From positions 1,024,001 through 1,088,000 of the forward strand of contig CBDCXL010000002.1 of the NCBI GenBank assembly GCA_965223795.1: DNA of 64,000 bases. Direction: 5' to 3'. This DNA is from Nitrospinales bacterium. Its GTDB lineage: Bacteria; Nitrospinota; Nitrospinia; Nitrospinales; VA-1. This document shows positions 8,726 to 17,729 of the stretch, piece after piece (the first letter of the stretch is position 1; the number at the start of each line of letters is the position of its first letter). Made by a program: the position numbers and the translations under genes. Under the pieces are notes generated by a model. The model saw only the letters and a program-made list of their open reading frames with translations, did not search any database and had not been told where the DNA came from.

Positions 8726-11458
8726 TCAGAAACTTTTTCGCACCAGCTCTTTGATCGCGGGATGGTACTGGGCGGGAATGTTTTTGGACCGCTTGATGAC
8801 CGCTTCGATGGCTTCCCCTTCGCTTTCAAAATTCTTGATCGTGCGGATCAGGTTTTCATGGTATTCGACGATTTTCTGATACACCAGGTCCTGGTGCGGC
8901 AGACCGTCGGATATGGTTTCGGCCACTTTGTTGCGGTCGAGATCGTTTTTCACCAGCAGATCGAAGCAGATGCCCTTGAACCTTGAGGATATGGTGTTGC
9001 GGCTCATGTTGAGCTGGGCGGCGGTCTCATTGATTTCAAACCCTTTTTCCCTGAGAACGTTGAGCAGCGTTTCGTCCTCGACGCCGCCTTTGGATTTTCC
9101 GGTACGGGGCCGCGCGCCCGCCTCCTGGGCAACCGGAGCCTGAGCCAGTTTGTCGAGGCCGAGATCCTTTTCCTGAATGATCGTTTTCGTGGCCAGCGTG
9201 ATGCCGCGCTGGATGACGTTTTCCAGTTCGCGGATGTTGCCGCGCCACTCGCAGTCGATCAGCTTTTTCATCGCCTGATCGGACACACCTTCCAGATCCT
9301 TGCCGTATTCCCGCGCGTATTTTTCGACGAAATGCTGCACCAGATAGGGAATGTCCTCCTTGCGATCCCGAAGCGGCGGCAGGGTCACGGTGAGCGCGTT
9401 GAGCCGGTAGTACAAATCCTCGCGGAACTCGCCTTTTTTGATCTGGTTTTCCAGGTTTTTGTGGGTGGCGGCGATGACGCGGGTGTCGATCTTGAACGCC
9501 TCGCCGCCGATGGGCTGGACTTCCTTCTGCTGCAGCACGCGCAGAAGCTTTACCTGGGCATCGAGCTGGGTGTCGCCGATTTCATCGAGAAAGATGGTGC
9601 CGCGGTCGGCGACGGAGAACTTGCCCTTTTTCGAACTGCTCGCGCCGGTGAAGGCGCCTTTGGTGTGGCCGAACAACTCGCTTTCCACCAGGTCGCGCGG
9701 AATCGCTCCCATATTGACGGCGATGAAGTTCTCGTGCTGGCGCGGGCTCATCAGGTGCAGCGCCCGGGCGAACAGCTCCTTGCCGGTGCCCGATTCTCCC
9801 AGGATCAGCACCGGCGAGGGAACCGACGCGTACTGCTTTAAAATGCGGAAGGTCTCCAGGCATTTTTTGTTCTGCGTCACGATGCCGTTGGCCATGCACT
9901 CCTCGCGCAGGGTTTCGTAATCCTCGCCCAGGGCGCTCTCGTCCTCGGAAACGTTGACCTTGAGATCGGAAAACTTGGCGGAGAGGTTGGCGTGTTCTTC
10001 CTGCAGCCGGTTTTTTTCCTTGAGCACCGATTCGAGCTTGGTCTTGAGCTCCTCGATGTCGTGCGAGCGCATCGCCTCCTGCTTTTTCTCCTCCACCATC
10101 CCTTCCTGCAGCTCGTCGAGCTGGCTCTGGGTATGGAACAATTCCTTTTCCTTGACCGCCAGATCCCGCGATATGGAAGCCATGCGCGATTCGACTTCGT
10201 GCTTCTGCCTGAGCAGGGAGTCGGTGATCTTCTTTTCTTCCGTGGACTGGTAGACGGAAACGATCAGGCTGGTGAGCAGGATCGCCAGGATCGGCGGAAA
10301 CAGTTCGAGGATGACGCCGAAGGAAAACAGCATCACGCCGACCAGGAAATAACCGGCGGCGAGCAGAAACACCAGCACCATCTTTTCGACGTAGCGCCTG
10401 GAGTGCAGGATCTGCGAGGTGGCCATGCCCATCAGCAGGATCAGGACGATGTTGAACCAGGGCGCGGTCTCGCGCAGAAAGTTCTGTGTCAGGATGGTGT
10501 TGATGATGTTGGCGTGGATGCCGGGACCGGGATAGTTCTTTTCGACCGGCACCGTTTTGACGTCGCTGCCGGTGATGGTGTTGGCGATGAAGATGATCTT
10601 GCCCGCCAGGTCCTCGACCTTGCCGGAGCCGGGCCCGGCGCCGCTGTCCTCGGTATCGGTGTTGACCGAGGCGAACGAAGCGTGCTTGAACGTTTCACCC
10701 CACTTGCCGGCGTAGTTGATGATCATCTGGCCTTTGTCGTCGACAGGGATGGCGATGTCCTTCATGCCGGCTTTGCGGGAGGCGCGCACGACGATGGCGG
10801 AGCCTTTGAGTTCCACGTCTTCGGAGGTGAGGCCGAGAAAATTGAGAACCACCTGGAACCCGAGCGCCGGGATCCATTTATCGCGGTGCTGGACGATGAG
10901 GGGAACGCGGCGGACGACTCCGTCGGGATCGCGGTTGGTGGCGATGTGCCCCACGCCGCTTTTGCGCAGCAGGCCGGGAAGGGAAAAGATGACATCCTCT
11001 GTGCGGTAAAAGTCCGCGCTTCCCGGCCGGGGATCCCAGAGATAGGGGGTCAATGCCTGCGCCTGGGTGGACTCACCGGTTTCGGCCAGGCTGACCGCCA
11101 CGGGATAAATGAGGTTTCCGGCCTCTTTGGAGGCCTGGATCAGGGCTTCGTCCTGCCGCTCTTCCTTGGGATGGGCGAACAGCACGTCGTAGGCGATCAC
11201 GGAAGCTTCGGCGCTTTTCAGAAACCGCACCAGGTCCGCATGCACGCTGCGGTCCCAGGGCCACACGCCGTAACGCTTGGCGCTGGCGTCGTCCGCGTCG
11301 ATCATGACGAGATGCGGGTTCGCGTCGGTGCTGCCGCGCAGGATGAACCGGAAGTCCAGAGTCTTGAGCTCCCAGGCCCGGAAGAGGTCCTGAAACACCA
11401 TGCTCAAGAACAGGGTGATCAAGGCCCCGATGACACCCAGTGCCAGTTGTTTCTTCAT
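8726..11458 (-). CDS. Membrane-bound CHASE2-domain sigma-54-dependent transcriptional activator (bEBP)
   Basis: N-terminal TM; CHASE2 motifs (WPWDR, YDVLF, DPDGVVRRVP, PGPGIHAN); three TMs; coiled coil; AAA+ with [44 protein letters not shown]. Confidence 0.9.
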   Translation of the reverse strand: MKKQLALGVIGALITLFLSMVFQDLFRAWELKTLDFRFILRGSTDANPHLVMIDADDASAKRYGVWPWDRSVHADLVRFLKSAEASVIAYDVLFAHPKEERQDEALIQASKEAGNLIYPVAVSLAETGESTQAQALTPYLWDPRPGSADFYRTEDVIFSLPGLLRKSGVGHIATNRDPDGVVRRVPLIVQHRDKWIPALGFQVVLNFLGLTSEDVELKGSAIVVRASRKAGMKDIAIPVDDKGQMIINYAGKWGETFKHASFASVNTDTEDSGAGPGSGKVEDLAGKIIFIANTITGSDVKTVPVEKNYPGPGIHANIINTILTQNFLRETAPWFNIVLILLMGMATSQILHSRRYVEKMVLVFLLAAGYFLVGVMLFSFGVILELFPPILAILLTSLIVSVYQSTEEKKITDSLLRQKHEVESRMASISRDLAVKEKELFHTQSQLDELQEGMVEEKKQEAMRSHDIEELKTKLESVLKEKNRLQEEHANLSAKFSDLKVNVSEDESALGEDYETLREECMANGIVTQNKKCLETFRILKQYASVPSPVLILGESGTGKELFARALHLMSPRQHENFIAVNMGAIPRDLVESELFGHTKGAFTGASSSKKGKFSVADRGTIFLDEIGDTQLDAQVKLLRVLQQKEVQPIGGEAFKIDTRVIAATHKNLENQIKKGEFREDLYYRLNALTVTLPPLRDRKEDIPYLVQHFVEKYAREYGKDLEGVSDQAMKKLIDCEWRGNIRELENVIQRGITLATKTIIQEKDLGLDKLAQAPVAQEAGARPRTGKSKGGVEDETLLNVLREKGFEINETAAQLNMSRNTISSRFKGICFDLLVKNDLDRNKVAETISDGLPHQDLVYQKIVEYHENLIRTIKNFESEGEAIEAVIKRSKNIPAQYHPAIKELVRKSF

Positions 11459-11578
11459 ATTCGCTTGCTTCTTCCTGTCATGCGGTTTCTCGCACCCTGT
11501 CTCCCTGTTGCCTGCGCCGGCGGCGTGAGCAACGGCGATTCCACGCGTCTTCTGCCGCCCGGCCGTATTAAGCGGCGC

Positions 11579-12901
11579 TCAGCGGACCGGTTCTTTTCCC
11601 GAGGTGCCGATCATGTCGATCGGTCTGTCCGGGCGGTCCACCAGCGGCACGGGATCTTCCTTGCCGGTGGTGCCGATCATATCGATCGGCTTGTCCGGCC
11701 GGTCCACCAGCGGGACGGGATCGGTTCCGCGGATCGCAGGGTCCACCTGTTCGTGGATGAAGATCTCCAGCATGGTCTCGGCCCATTCGGACTCGGCCTT
11801 GCCGCTGAACGATTCGACCAGGGCCTTGAGATCTTTCTCGCCCGCGGGCGTTCCCGACCGGATGGTGTAAAAACCCTCACTCTCCACCATGTCCAGCGGC
11901 CATTCCCGGCTCTCGGAAAACAGCGCCTTGAACCGTTCCTTGCCGATCGGACCCGCGATCTTGAACTCCACTCCCGAGTCGAGCCGGGGAATGTTGTGCG
12001 TCACGCCGGCTTTCAGGTGATTGTCGGGAGCGGCCGCATTGGGAAAGATCACCTTGGCGCCGCCGTCCGGACTGATCTCGATCAGGATCAGGTAACCGGG
12101 TTTATCGACCTTCACGGAAAAGGTGATGAGGTCTCCGATGCCGTACCGGTTTTTGTCGGTCCACAACTGGACGCCGGTGTCCGCGCCTTCCGCTTTCAGG
12201 GCGATCAGATCCTGCAGGCTTTTTTCATAGCCACCGAGGCTGCGCGAAACGCGCAGCGGCGCGCCGGCAATCGGATCGCGCTCTAACAGCTTGCTGTCGT
12301 GCGCGGAGATCGCGGTTGCGGGAAAATGCGTGCTCCCGTCATAGACGATCTGACCCGTGCTCGCGGACACCAGTTGCGGCTTTACGCTGAGCCCGTCGCT
12401 TTCGTTCCGGTAAATGCCCCTGACATAATAATCCAGACCGTCCACTTTGGCAATTTGCATCAGCGATCCGTTTTTTTCGGCTGCCGATATTCCCTGAACC
12501 TTGAGACGGTCGGTCTGGAACAGATACAGCAGCATGTCTTCCCGCAGCCGGCGGCTGAAATCGGTGACGCGGTTCCCGGACGCTTCTTTGAATTCCATCA
12601 CGCCGATGCGCGGCATTTCGCCGGCAGGAAGGTTTTTTATGATCTGGCGCGCCAGGTCCGCGATTTTTTCATTCCAAATGGGAGTCTTTCCCGGAATGGC
12701 GATCCCCGGAATCTGCGCTTCCAGGCTTTCGCCGCACATGCGCTCCGGGCATTGGGCCAGGGCGTTCGCCGACAGCAGTAACAACAAAGACGCGCCACAT
12801 GCGGCGCTGCCGACAGCGTTCCTGCCGGTTTTTGCCGGATGTCCCGCGTTTTCGAAACGCTGCTTCCAGACCTCCCAGAAAAGTTTTTTGTTTTTATTCA
12901 T
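11579..12901 (-). CDS. Exported protein with FlgO/TolB-N-like domain and DUF4384 domain
   Basis: Signal-like segment; RIGVMEF...LREDMLLYL N-domain; VQLWTDKNRYGIGDLITFSV...IFPN...GPIGKERFKALFS matches the DUF4384 pattern. Confidence 0.75.
   Translation of the reverse strand: MNKNKKLFWEVWKQRFENAGHPAKTGRNAVGSAACGASLLLLLSANALAQCPERMCGESLEAQIPGIAIPGKTPIWNEKIADLARQIIKNLPAGEMPRIGVMEFKEASGNRVTDFSRRLREDMLLYLFQTDRLKVQGISAAEKNGSLMQIAKVDGLDYYVRGIYRNESDGLSVKPQLVSASTGQIVYDGSTHFPATAISAHDSKLLERDPIAGAPLRVSRSLGGYEKSLQDLIALKAEGADTGVQLWTDKNRYGIGDLITFSVKVDKPGYLILIEISPDGGAKVIFPNAAAPDNHLKAGVTHNIPRLDSGVEFKIAGPIGKERFKALFSESREWPLDMVESEGFYTIRSGTPAGEKDLKALVESFSGKAESEWAETMLEIFIHEQVDPAIRGTDPVPLVDRPDKPIDMIGTTGKEDPVPLVDRPDRPIDMIGTSGKEPVR
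11591..11722 (-). repeat. 66-bp tandem duplication encoding DPVPLVDRPD(K/R)PIDMIGT(T/S)GKE twice
   Basis: Visible in both DNA and translation. Confidence 0.9.
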
Positions 12902-13880
12902 GGTATTGCCCCCCTTAATGTAAAGGTTAAAATGAATTATTTCATTTCAAAGTCACCGGTTCAATGGATTGGCCGGGCCCGTACCGGGTTTTTTCCCTAA
13001 GTTGCGAAAATCAAGCCCTTTCCCTGGGGGGGTCGCGTTCGGTCCGGGGCCATCCGGACGGGACGCACAGAGCTTTTTCGCCGGGAAATGGCCCGATCGG
13101 ACCCGGCTATATATTTAAATCGATTCCTCTCTGAAGCCCGGCCGGGTTCTTCCTCACACCCGGCGCAGCGTCTCAAAGTAAACCGATTGAAACTCACTCT
13201 CTCCTCCTGCAAAGCCACACCGATTTCTTTACTGCATCCTATTCGGTGTCTTTCATGGCGTCTGCGGTTCGTTCCGGTGTTTCGTTTCACCTCCCGTGTT
13301 TTGGGTTGCCTGCTCTTGTTTGCGCTGAGCGGGGATCTTGTTTCCCCCGCTCAGCAGAAGTATTCGGCCCGGTATCGCTGGATTGTGTGCCGACAGGGTG
13401 TTCGGTGTGCCGCAACCACCGCTCTGCACGCAGGATCCGGGCACAATTTCAAGTTTCGGGTGTCGGCCGATTCGGATTGGAGAACCTGTTCGAGGTTCAC
13501 GATTCCGTCCGCCGTTTCCTGATTCCGCTTCCGTGTGCTGCCAGCTTGCATGGATCGTTTCCTTTTCGCTCAGTGGGTTTTCAATGCACTCACACTTCCT
13601 GGTTGCCCGCCCCGTTCGCTCTCAATGCACGTTGCCTGTGAGTGATCGGGGGATGCGTAACGGAAGCTATGTTGGGCAATACTAAATGCGTTTCCTGGGA
13701 AGGAAATCGGGAAGGAATCGGGGTAGGAATTTGGAAGGCTTTCGAAAGGATAATTTCGGCGAGCCTTAGTATTACCCCACATAGTTTCCGTTGACGCTGC
13801 TTCGAATGTCTGCGGCGGTGCGTTCTTCACTTTTGCAGCCGCCGTGGGTCTGTGTCTCCTTATGCAAGTGCTGCCCGGGT

Positions 13881-14339
13881 TCAAGAGTTGGGAAGCTCGA
13901 TGTTGAGCCCGGAGGGCCGGTCGTAGAGCTCCTCGTTGCCGTTCACACCGTCGCCCAGGGTGTCTTTGTAGATCAGGTCCCACACCCCGTCCTGGTTCAC
14001 GTCGATCGCGTAGAACATGGGCTGCTTTTCGACGATGTAGTAGTAGTCGTCTCCTTCGTAGCTCACGGAGAAAATCAGGCTTCTGGGATTCGACTCCGAC
14101 ACCACTTTTTCAGAATGCGGAGAAAAGTAGTGCGTGGTCACGATACGCCAGGACTCGAAATCCACGGTGCCGTCCTGATCGATGTCGTAGCGGACCTGAA
14201 GCATGCCGGCTTGGGACAGGTTCCAGGAGGCTTTATCTTCGAGAGGCGGCTCGGCCGTCAGGTACGGATGGCCCGAGGCGATGGCCGGGGCGAGTGCCAG
14301 AAGGCCGGTCAGGATCATCGAGTTCATCAGGCGTTTCAT
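13881..14339 (-). CDS. Secreted protein of unknown function, sigma-54 co-regulated with the curlins
   Basis: AAGGAG RBS before ATG 14339; signal peptide; two DxDxDG-like loops (YDIDQDGTVD, IDVNQDGVWD). Confidence 0.8.
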   Translation of the reverse strand: MKRLMNSMILTGLLALAPAIASGHPYLTAEPPLEDKASWNLSQAGMLQVRYDIDQDGTVDFESWRIVTTHYFSPHSEKVVSESNPRSLIFSVSYEGDDYYYIVEKQPMFYAIDVNQDGVWDLIYKDTLGDGVNGNEELYDRPSGLNIELPNS

Positions 14340-14415
14340 TTTATTTTCTCCTTGGGACAAGTGTTGGTTTCTTGCTAACGAGATTTCGTTTTTAAAATCT
14401 CTTGCCCAGTGTTAT

Positions 14416-14432
14416 TGCAGGCGCCGTGCCAA
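14416..14432 (-). promoter_or_regulatory. Sigma-54 (-24/-12) promoter
   Basis: TTGGCACGGCGCCTGCA (GG-N10-GC). Confidence 0.85.
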
Positions 14433-14525
14433 ACGGAATTACAACGAAAACTCTATACTTTTTAATCAGTTATAAAATCACTTCGGTTCGCAGAGCGCGT
14501 TCGCCTGCATGGTCCCGGCATGCGG

Positions 14526-14535
14526 CCATGCATGG
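14526..14535. promoter_or_regulatory. Putative upstream activating sequence CCATGCATGG
   Basis: Perfect palindrome found upstream of all five minus-strand sigma-54 promoters of the locus. Confidence 0.7.
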
Positions 14536-14663
14536 TGCGGGTGTGGATCGGTGCATACGGACTGCAGCGGGAGCGATCCCCAAGTGCGTGCAGCTGGAAT
14601 GATTCCTGTTGCGGTGGGCGGTGTCCCGGTAGAGGCGCAGAACATTGATAACTAAGTGAATGC

Positions 14664-14711
14664 AAAAAAAAACCGGGCTCCGGGACCGCCGAAGCGGTCC
14701 GGGAACCCGGT
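14664..14711 (-). terminator. Intrinsic terminator of curlin gene 1
   Basis: ACCGGGTTCCCGGACCGC-TTCG-GCGGTCCCGGAGCCCGG followed by a T run. Confidence 0.85.
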
Positions 14712-14744
14712 GCGTCCGAACATCCTGGGCTTAAAGCCCGTGGA

Positions 14745-15290
14745 TTATCGCTGAGTCAGGATGGAGATGTTGCCGCCGCCGTTCTGGATGACGTCGGTCC
14801 GGCTTGCGACTCCGCGCTGTCCGACCACCGCGATGTTGCCGCGTCCTTCCTGGTCGACCAGACTGTTGTTGACGTCACCGTCCTGCAGCACGATGCCGAC
14901 GTTGGAGTTGCCAACCTGGCTGAGGCCGGCGTTGTTCACTTCGCCGCGCTGGTTGATGAGGCCGGTGTTGAAGTTGCCGCGCTGGCTCAGCTCTGCGTTG
15001 TTGATGACGCCATCCTGAGCAACGTGGCCGAACTGGAAGTCACCGCGCTGGCTGATCGCGGCGTTGTTGAGGGCGCCGTTCTGAATCGCTTCCGCCTTGT
15101 TGGTGGACTTGAAGGACGGCAGGTAGCCGGACCGCGGCTTCATGCTGCGCTTCATGGGCATGGCGCGGTGGCTTTTCTTGCTGTTCCACTTCTTCATTCC
15201 TTTGTACTCCCACGCTTCGCTGCTGTCGGCCAGAGACAGGCTGAAGGCCGCGATGATGGCGAGGGCGATGCCGGTGATGGACTTTTTCAT
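14745..15290 (-). CDS. Curlin-repeat protein (CsgA/CsgB-like amyloid subunit) 1
   Basis: AAGGAG RBS; signal peptide; about 11 consecutive 11-aa N-x-A-x3-Q-x-G units. Confidence 0.85.
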   Translation of the reverse strand: MKKSITGIALAIIAAFSLSLADSSEAWEYKGMKKWNSKKSHRAMPMKRSMKPRSGYLPSFKSTNKAEAIQNGALNNAAISQRGDFQFGHVAQDGVINNAELSQRGNFNTGLINQRGEVNNAGLSQVGNSNVGIVLQDGDVNNSLVDQEGRGNIAVVGQRGVASRTDVIQNGGGNISILTQR

Positions 15291-15385
15291 GTTGTGATCT
15301 CCTTTCAAGGTTTTTTTGATTGTGTGTTGAACAAGTTGGTCTGTGTTTTTTCCGATTTCTTCAAATCGTATCTGCCACTATGTAT

Positions 15386-15402
15386 TGCAGGCGCCGTGCC
15401 AA
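15386..15402 (-). promoter_or_regulatory. Sigma-54 promoter
   Basis: TTGGCACGGCGCCTGCA, identical to the copy at 14416. Confidence 0.85.
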
Positions 15403-15484
15403 AATATATAAGCCTTTATATACAAATGGTTACCCAATTCTGCGGTATGCCGGGAAAGCCCGGTTTGCATGGTTCTCAGGGCAT

Positions 15485-15494
15485 CCATGCATGG
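15485..15494. promoter_or_regulatory. Putative UAS CCATGCATGG
   Basis: Perfect palindrome, with an extra TGCATGG half-site at 15466-15472. Confidence 0.7.
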
Positions 15495-15560
15495 TGGGAG
15501 CCAAACACGCGCCCCCCATACAGCCGCAGGTTTGAGCGCGTTCGGCGACCTCTAAAGCGC

Positions 15561-15606
15561 AAAAAAAACCGGGTCCCGGAGCCGCCTGAGCGGCCCGGAA
15601 CCCGGT
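15561..15606 (-). terminator. Intrinsic terminator of curlin gene 2
   Basis: GC stem ACCGGGTTCCGGGCCGC...GCGGCTCCGGGACCCGG followed by T8. Confidence 0.85.
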
Positions 15607-15632
15607 CGGGATGTACGCCAGTGCTTTGCTGC

Positions 15633-16109
15633 TTACCGCTGGTCGATGGTGGCCACGTTGCCTTTGCCGACCTGCAGGATGTCTGCGCGATCGCCCACAC
15701 CGGTCTGCGTGGTGATGCCGATGTTGCCTTTGCCGATCTGCGTGGTGTTGCTGCTGTTGAACGCGCCGCTCTGCAGGGTCACGCCAACGTTCGCTTTGCC
15801 GAACTGGCTGATGTTGCTGTTGTTAGCGAAAGAGTTGCCAACCTGCTGCGTCACGCCTACGTTGAACTTCCCGCGCTGCGTCGTGGTGGCGTTGTTGAAC
15901 GCGCCCTGCTGCGTGGTCTGGGCGAAGTTCTTGTATCCGCGCTGGCTGACGGCAGCGCCGTTCAGGTAGCCCTTCTGAGCAACGGCGGCCTGGTTTTTGC
16001 CATACCACATGGGCTTCTTCATGCCTTTGCGCTCCCAGGCAACGGCGGTGGATGCGGCGGATACGGTGAATGCGGCGATCAGTGCGACTGCGACGATGGA
16101 CTTTTTCAT
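15633..16109 (-). CDS. Curlin-repeat protein 2
   Basis: AAGGAG RBS; signal peptide; about 11 N..Q-x-G units. Confidence 0.85.
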   Translation of the reverse strand: MKKSIVAVALIAAFTVSAASTAVAWERKGMKKPMWYGKNQAAVAQKGYLNGAAVSQRGYKNFAQTTQQGAFNNATTTQRGKFNVGVTQQVGNSFANNSNISQFGKANVGVTLQSGAFNSSNTTQIGKGNIGITTQTGVGDRADILQVGKGNVATIDQR

Positions 16110-16201
16110 TGTGTTTCTCCTTTAGGTTGAGTGTTGGTTGTTGCTGTTGTTGTTTGGGTGTTTGTTCCGGTTCATTCAAACCGTTTCTGCCCCTATGCTA
16201 T

Positions 16202-16218
16202 TGCAGGCGCCGTGCCAA
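16202..16218 (-). promoter_or_regulatory. Sigma-54 promoter
   Basis: TTGGCACGGCGCCTGCA. Confidence 0.85.
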
Positions 16219-16289
16219 AATATAAAAACCTTTATTTTCAACGGCATAACTAAATTCAACCCATTCCTACTTCCGCACGGACAACATCT

Positions 16290-16299
16290 CCATGCATGG
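16290..16299. promoter_or_regulatory. Putative UAS CCATGCATGG
   Basis: Palindrome with a second TGCATGG at 16305-16311. Confidence 0.7.
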
Positions 16300-16610
16300 C
16301 CCCGTGCATGGAATCGCGATCCGCATATCCAGGCGCACGCCGGGCCGCGCCCTGCCCCGGGAATGCAGACCGGCTCGATGTTTTAGCAACAGCCGGTTTC
16401 CGGGCTACGGCACTGAAAAGGCAACGAACCGGGCTTGAATAGAACGGCGGCAGGCGCTGCAAGCGCGGCCGGAATTGTGGTGCGGGATGGGACAGAAAGG
16501 AGGAGCGGGATTCAGCTGGTATGAGGCGGTGTGAGTTTCACGCATAAAAAAACCGGGTCGGTGCATGCCGCGGCACCGACGGCGGCGGAGCTGAGGCGAG
16601 TTTCACGCAC

Positions 16611-16655
16611 AAAAAAACCGGGTCCCGGAGCCGCCTGAGCGGCCCGGAACCCGGT
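16611..16655 (-). terminator. Intrinsic terminator of curlin gene 3
   Basis: Same stem sequence as the terminator at 15561-15606, followed by a T run. Confidence 0.85.
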
Positions 16656-16679
16656 TCGGATTCCAGATCTGAGTGTGGA

Positions 16680-17096
16680 TTAGTTCTGGGTGATCACTGC
16701 GGAGTTGCCAAAGCCGTGCTGGTTGATGTGCGCGCTGTCGCCCACTCCGCCCTGCAGGATCAGGCCCTGGTTGCCAATGCCGTGCTGGTTGATCGAACCG
16801 TTGTTGTAAGCGCCGCCCTGAAGAATGTGGCCCTGGTTGGCACAACCCTTCTGAGATACGGCTGCGTTGTTCTGGTAGCCGAACTGCGTGGCGGAAGCGG
16901 TGTTCCCCGGCAGGAAGTAGCAGGGATCGAAGTGCTTCGGCTTCGGGGTGTAGCCTTTCTTCATCGGCATCTCCATGCGGTACCCTTTCTTGGGGCTCCA
17001 CTTCTTCATGCTTTTGCGTTCCCACGCAAACGCGCTGGAAGCGGATGCGACGGTGAATGCGGCGATCAGTGCGACTGCGACGATGGACTTTTTCAT
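16680..17096 (-). CDS. Curlin-repeat protein 3
   Basis: Signal peptide; about 7 N..Q-x-G units; two Cys. Confidence 0.85.
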   Translation of the reverse strand: MKKSIVAVALIAAFTVASASSAFAWERKSMKKWSPKKGYRMEMPMKKGYTPKPKHFDPCYFLPGNTASATQFGYQNNAAVSQKGCANQGHILQGGAYNNGSINQHGIGNQGLILQGGVGDSAHINQHGFGNSAVITQN

Positions 17097-17183
17097 TGTG
17101 TTTCTCCTTTAGGTTTTGGTTGTTGTTGGTTTGGTTAAAGTGTTTTTTCCGGTTCATTCAAACCGTTTCTGCCCATGTGCTAT

Positions 17184-17200
17184 TGCAGGCGCCGTGCCAA
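17184..17200 (-). promoter_or_regulatory. Sigma-54 promoter
   Basis: TTGGCACGGCGCCTGCA. Confidence 0.85.
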
Positions 17201-17271
17201 AACATAAAAACCTTTATTTTCAACGCTATAACTAAAAACAACCCATTCCTACTTCCGCACGGACAACATCT

Positions 17272-17281
17272 CCATGCATGG
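17272..17281. promoter_or_regulatory. Putative UAS CCATGCATGG
   Basis: Palindrome with a second TGCATGG at 17287-17293. Confidence 0.7.
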
Positions 17282-17657
17282 CCCCGTGCATGGAACCTGG
17301 CCCTGAACTTCCACACGCAGACCGCGCAGGCCGGGCGGCGCCGCCCGCCGGCAGCTTCACGGGGACGCGTACTTTCAATGTCCGGACGCGGTTCTGTGGA
17401 GACGCTCTTCCGAAACCCGCGTTTCCACCGTTTCGAACAGAAACTTCAATGAGTTATGTGAAGCCCGCGCCCGGCATGCCGAATCGGCATGGCACTGCCT
17501 CCCGCGCACCTGCTTTTTTGTGTTGATTCGGCAATAAAGAGATAGCGATTTTGCTGTGAAAGGGTTAAATTCCGGGTTCATCCCTCTTTGTTCAGGCCCG
17601 GTTGAATCGGGATGCGCGCCGCGGATTTGGAAGGATCGGCTGGCGGGTAAAAACGGC

Positions 17658-17702
17658 AAAAAAAATCCGGGTCTCCCGCCGCAAACGGCATGGAGACCCG
17701 GT
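17658..17702 (-). terminator. Intrinsic terminator of curlin gene 4
   Basis: CCGGGTCTCC...GGAGACCCGG stem followed by a T run on the minus strand. Confidence 0.8.
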
Positions 17703-17729
17703 TGATTTTAAAAGTGCTTGAAACTTCCG

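Larger units (their letters stand above)
16062..16313. repeat. Direct repeat (~250 bp) of curlin 5' end, promoter and UAS; second copy at about 17050-17295
   Basis: Near-identical DNA across the signal-peptide codons, RBS, sigma-54 promoter and CCATGCATGGCCCCGTGCATGGAA; most differences fall in the CAA-rich leader. Confidence 0.85.

Noticed and set aside
12997..13880. Protein-coding genes in the gap upstream of the DUF4384 gene
   Set aside because: Several overlapping short ORFs with no RBS, motifs or host-like codon bias.
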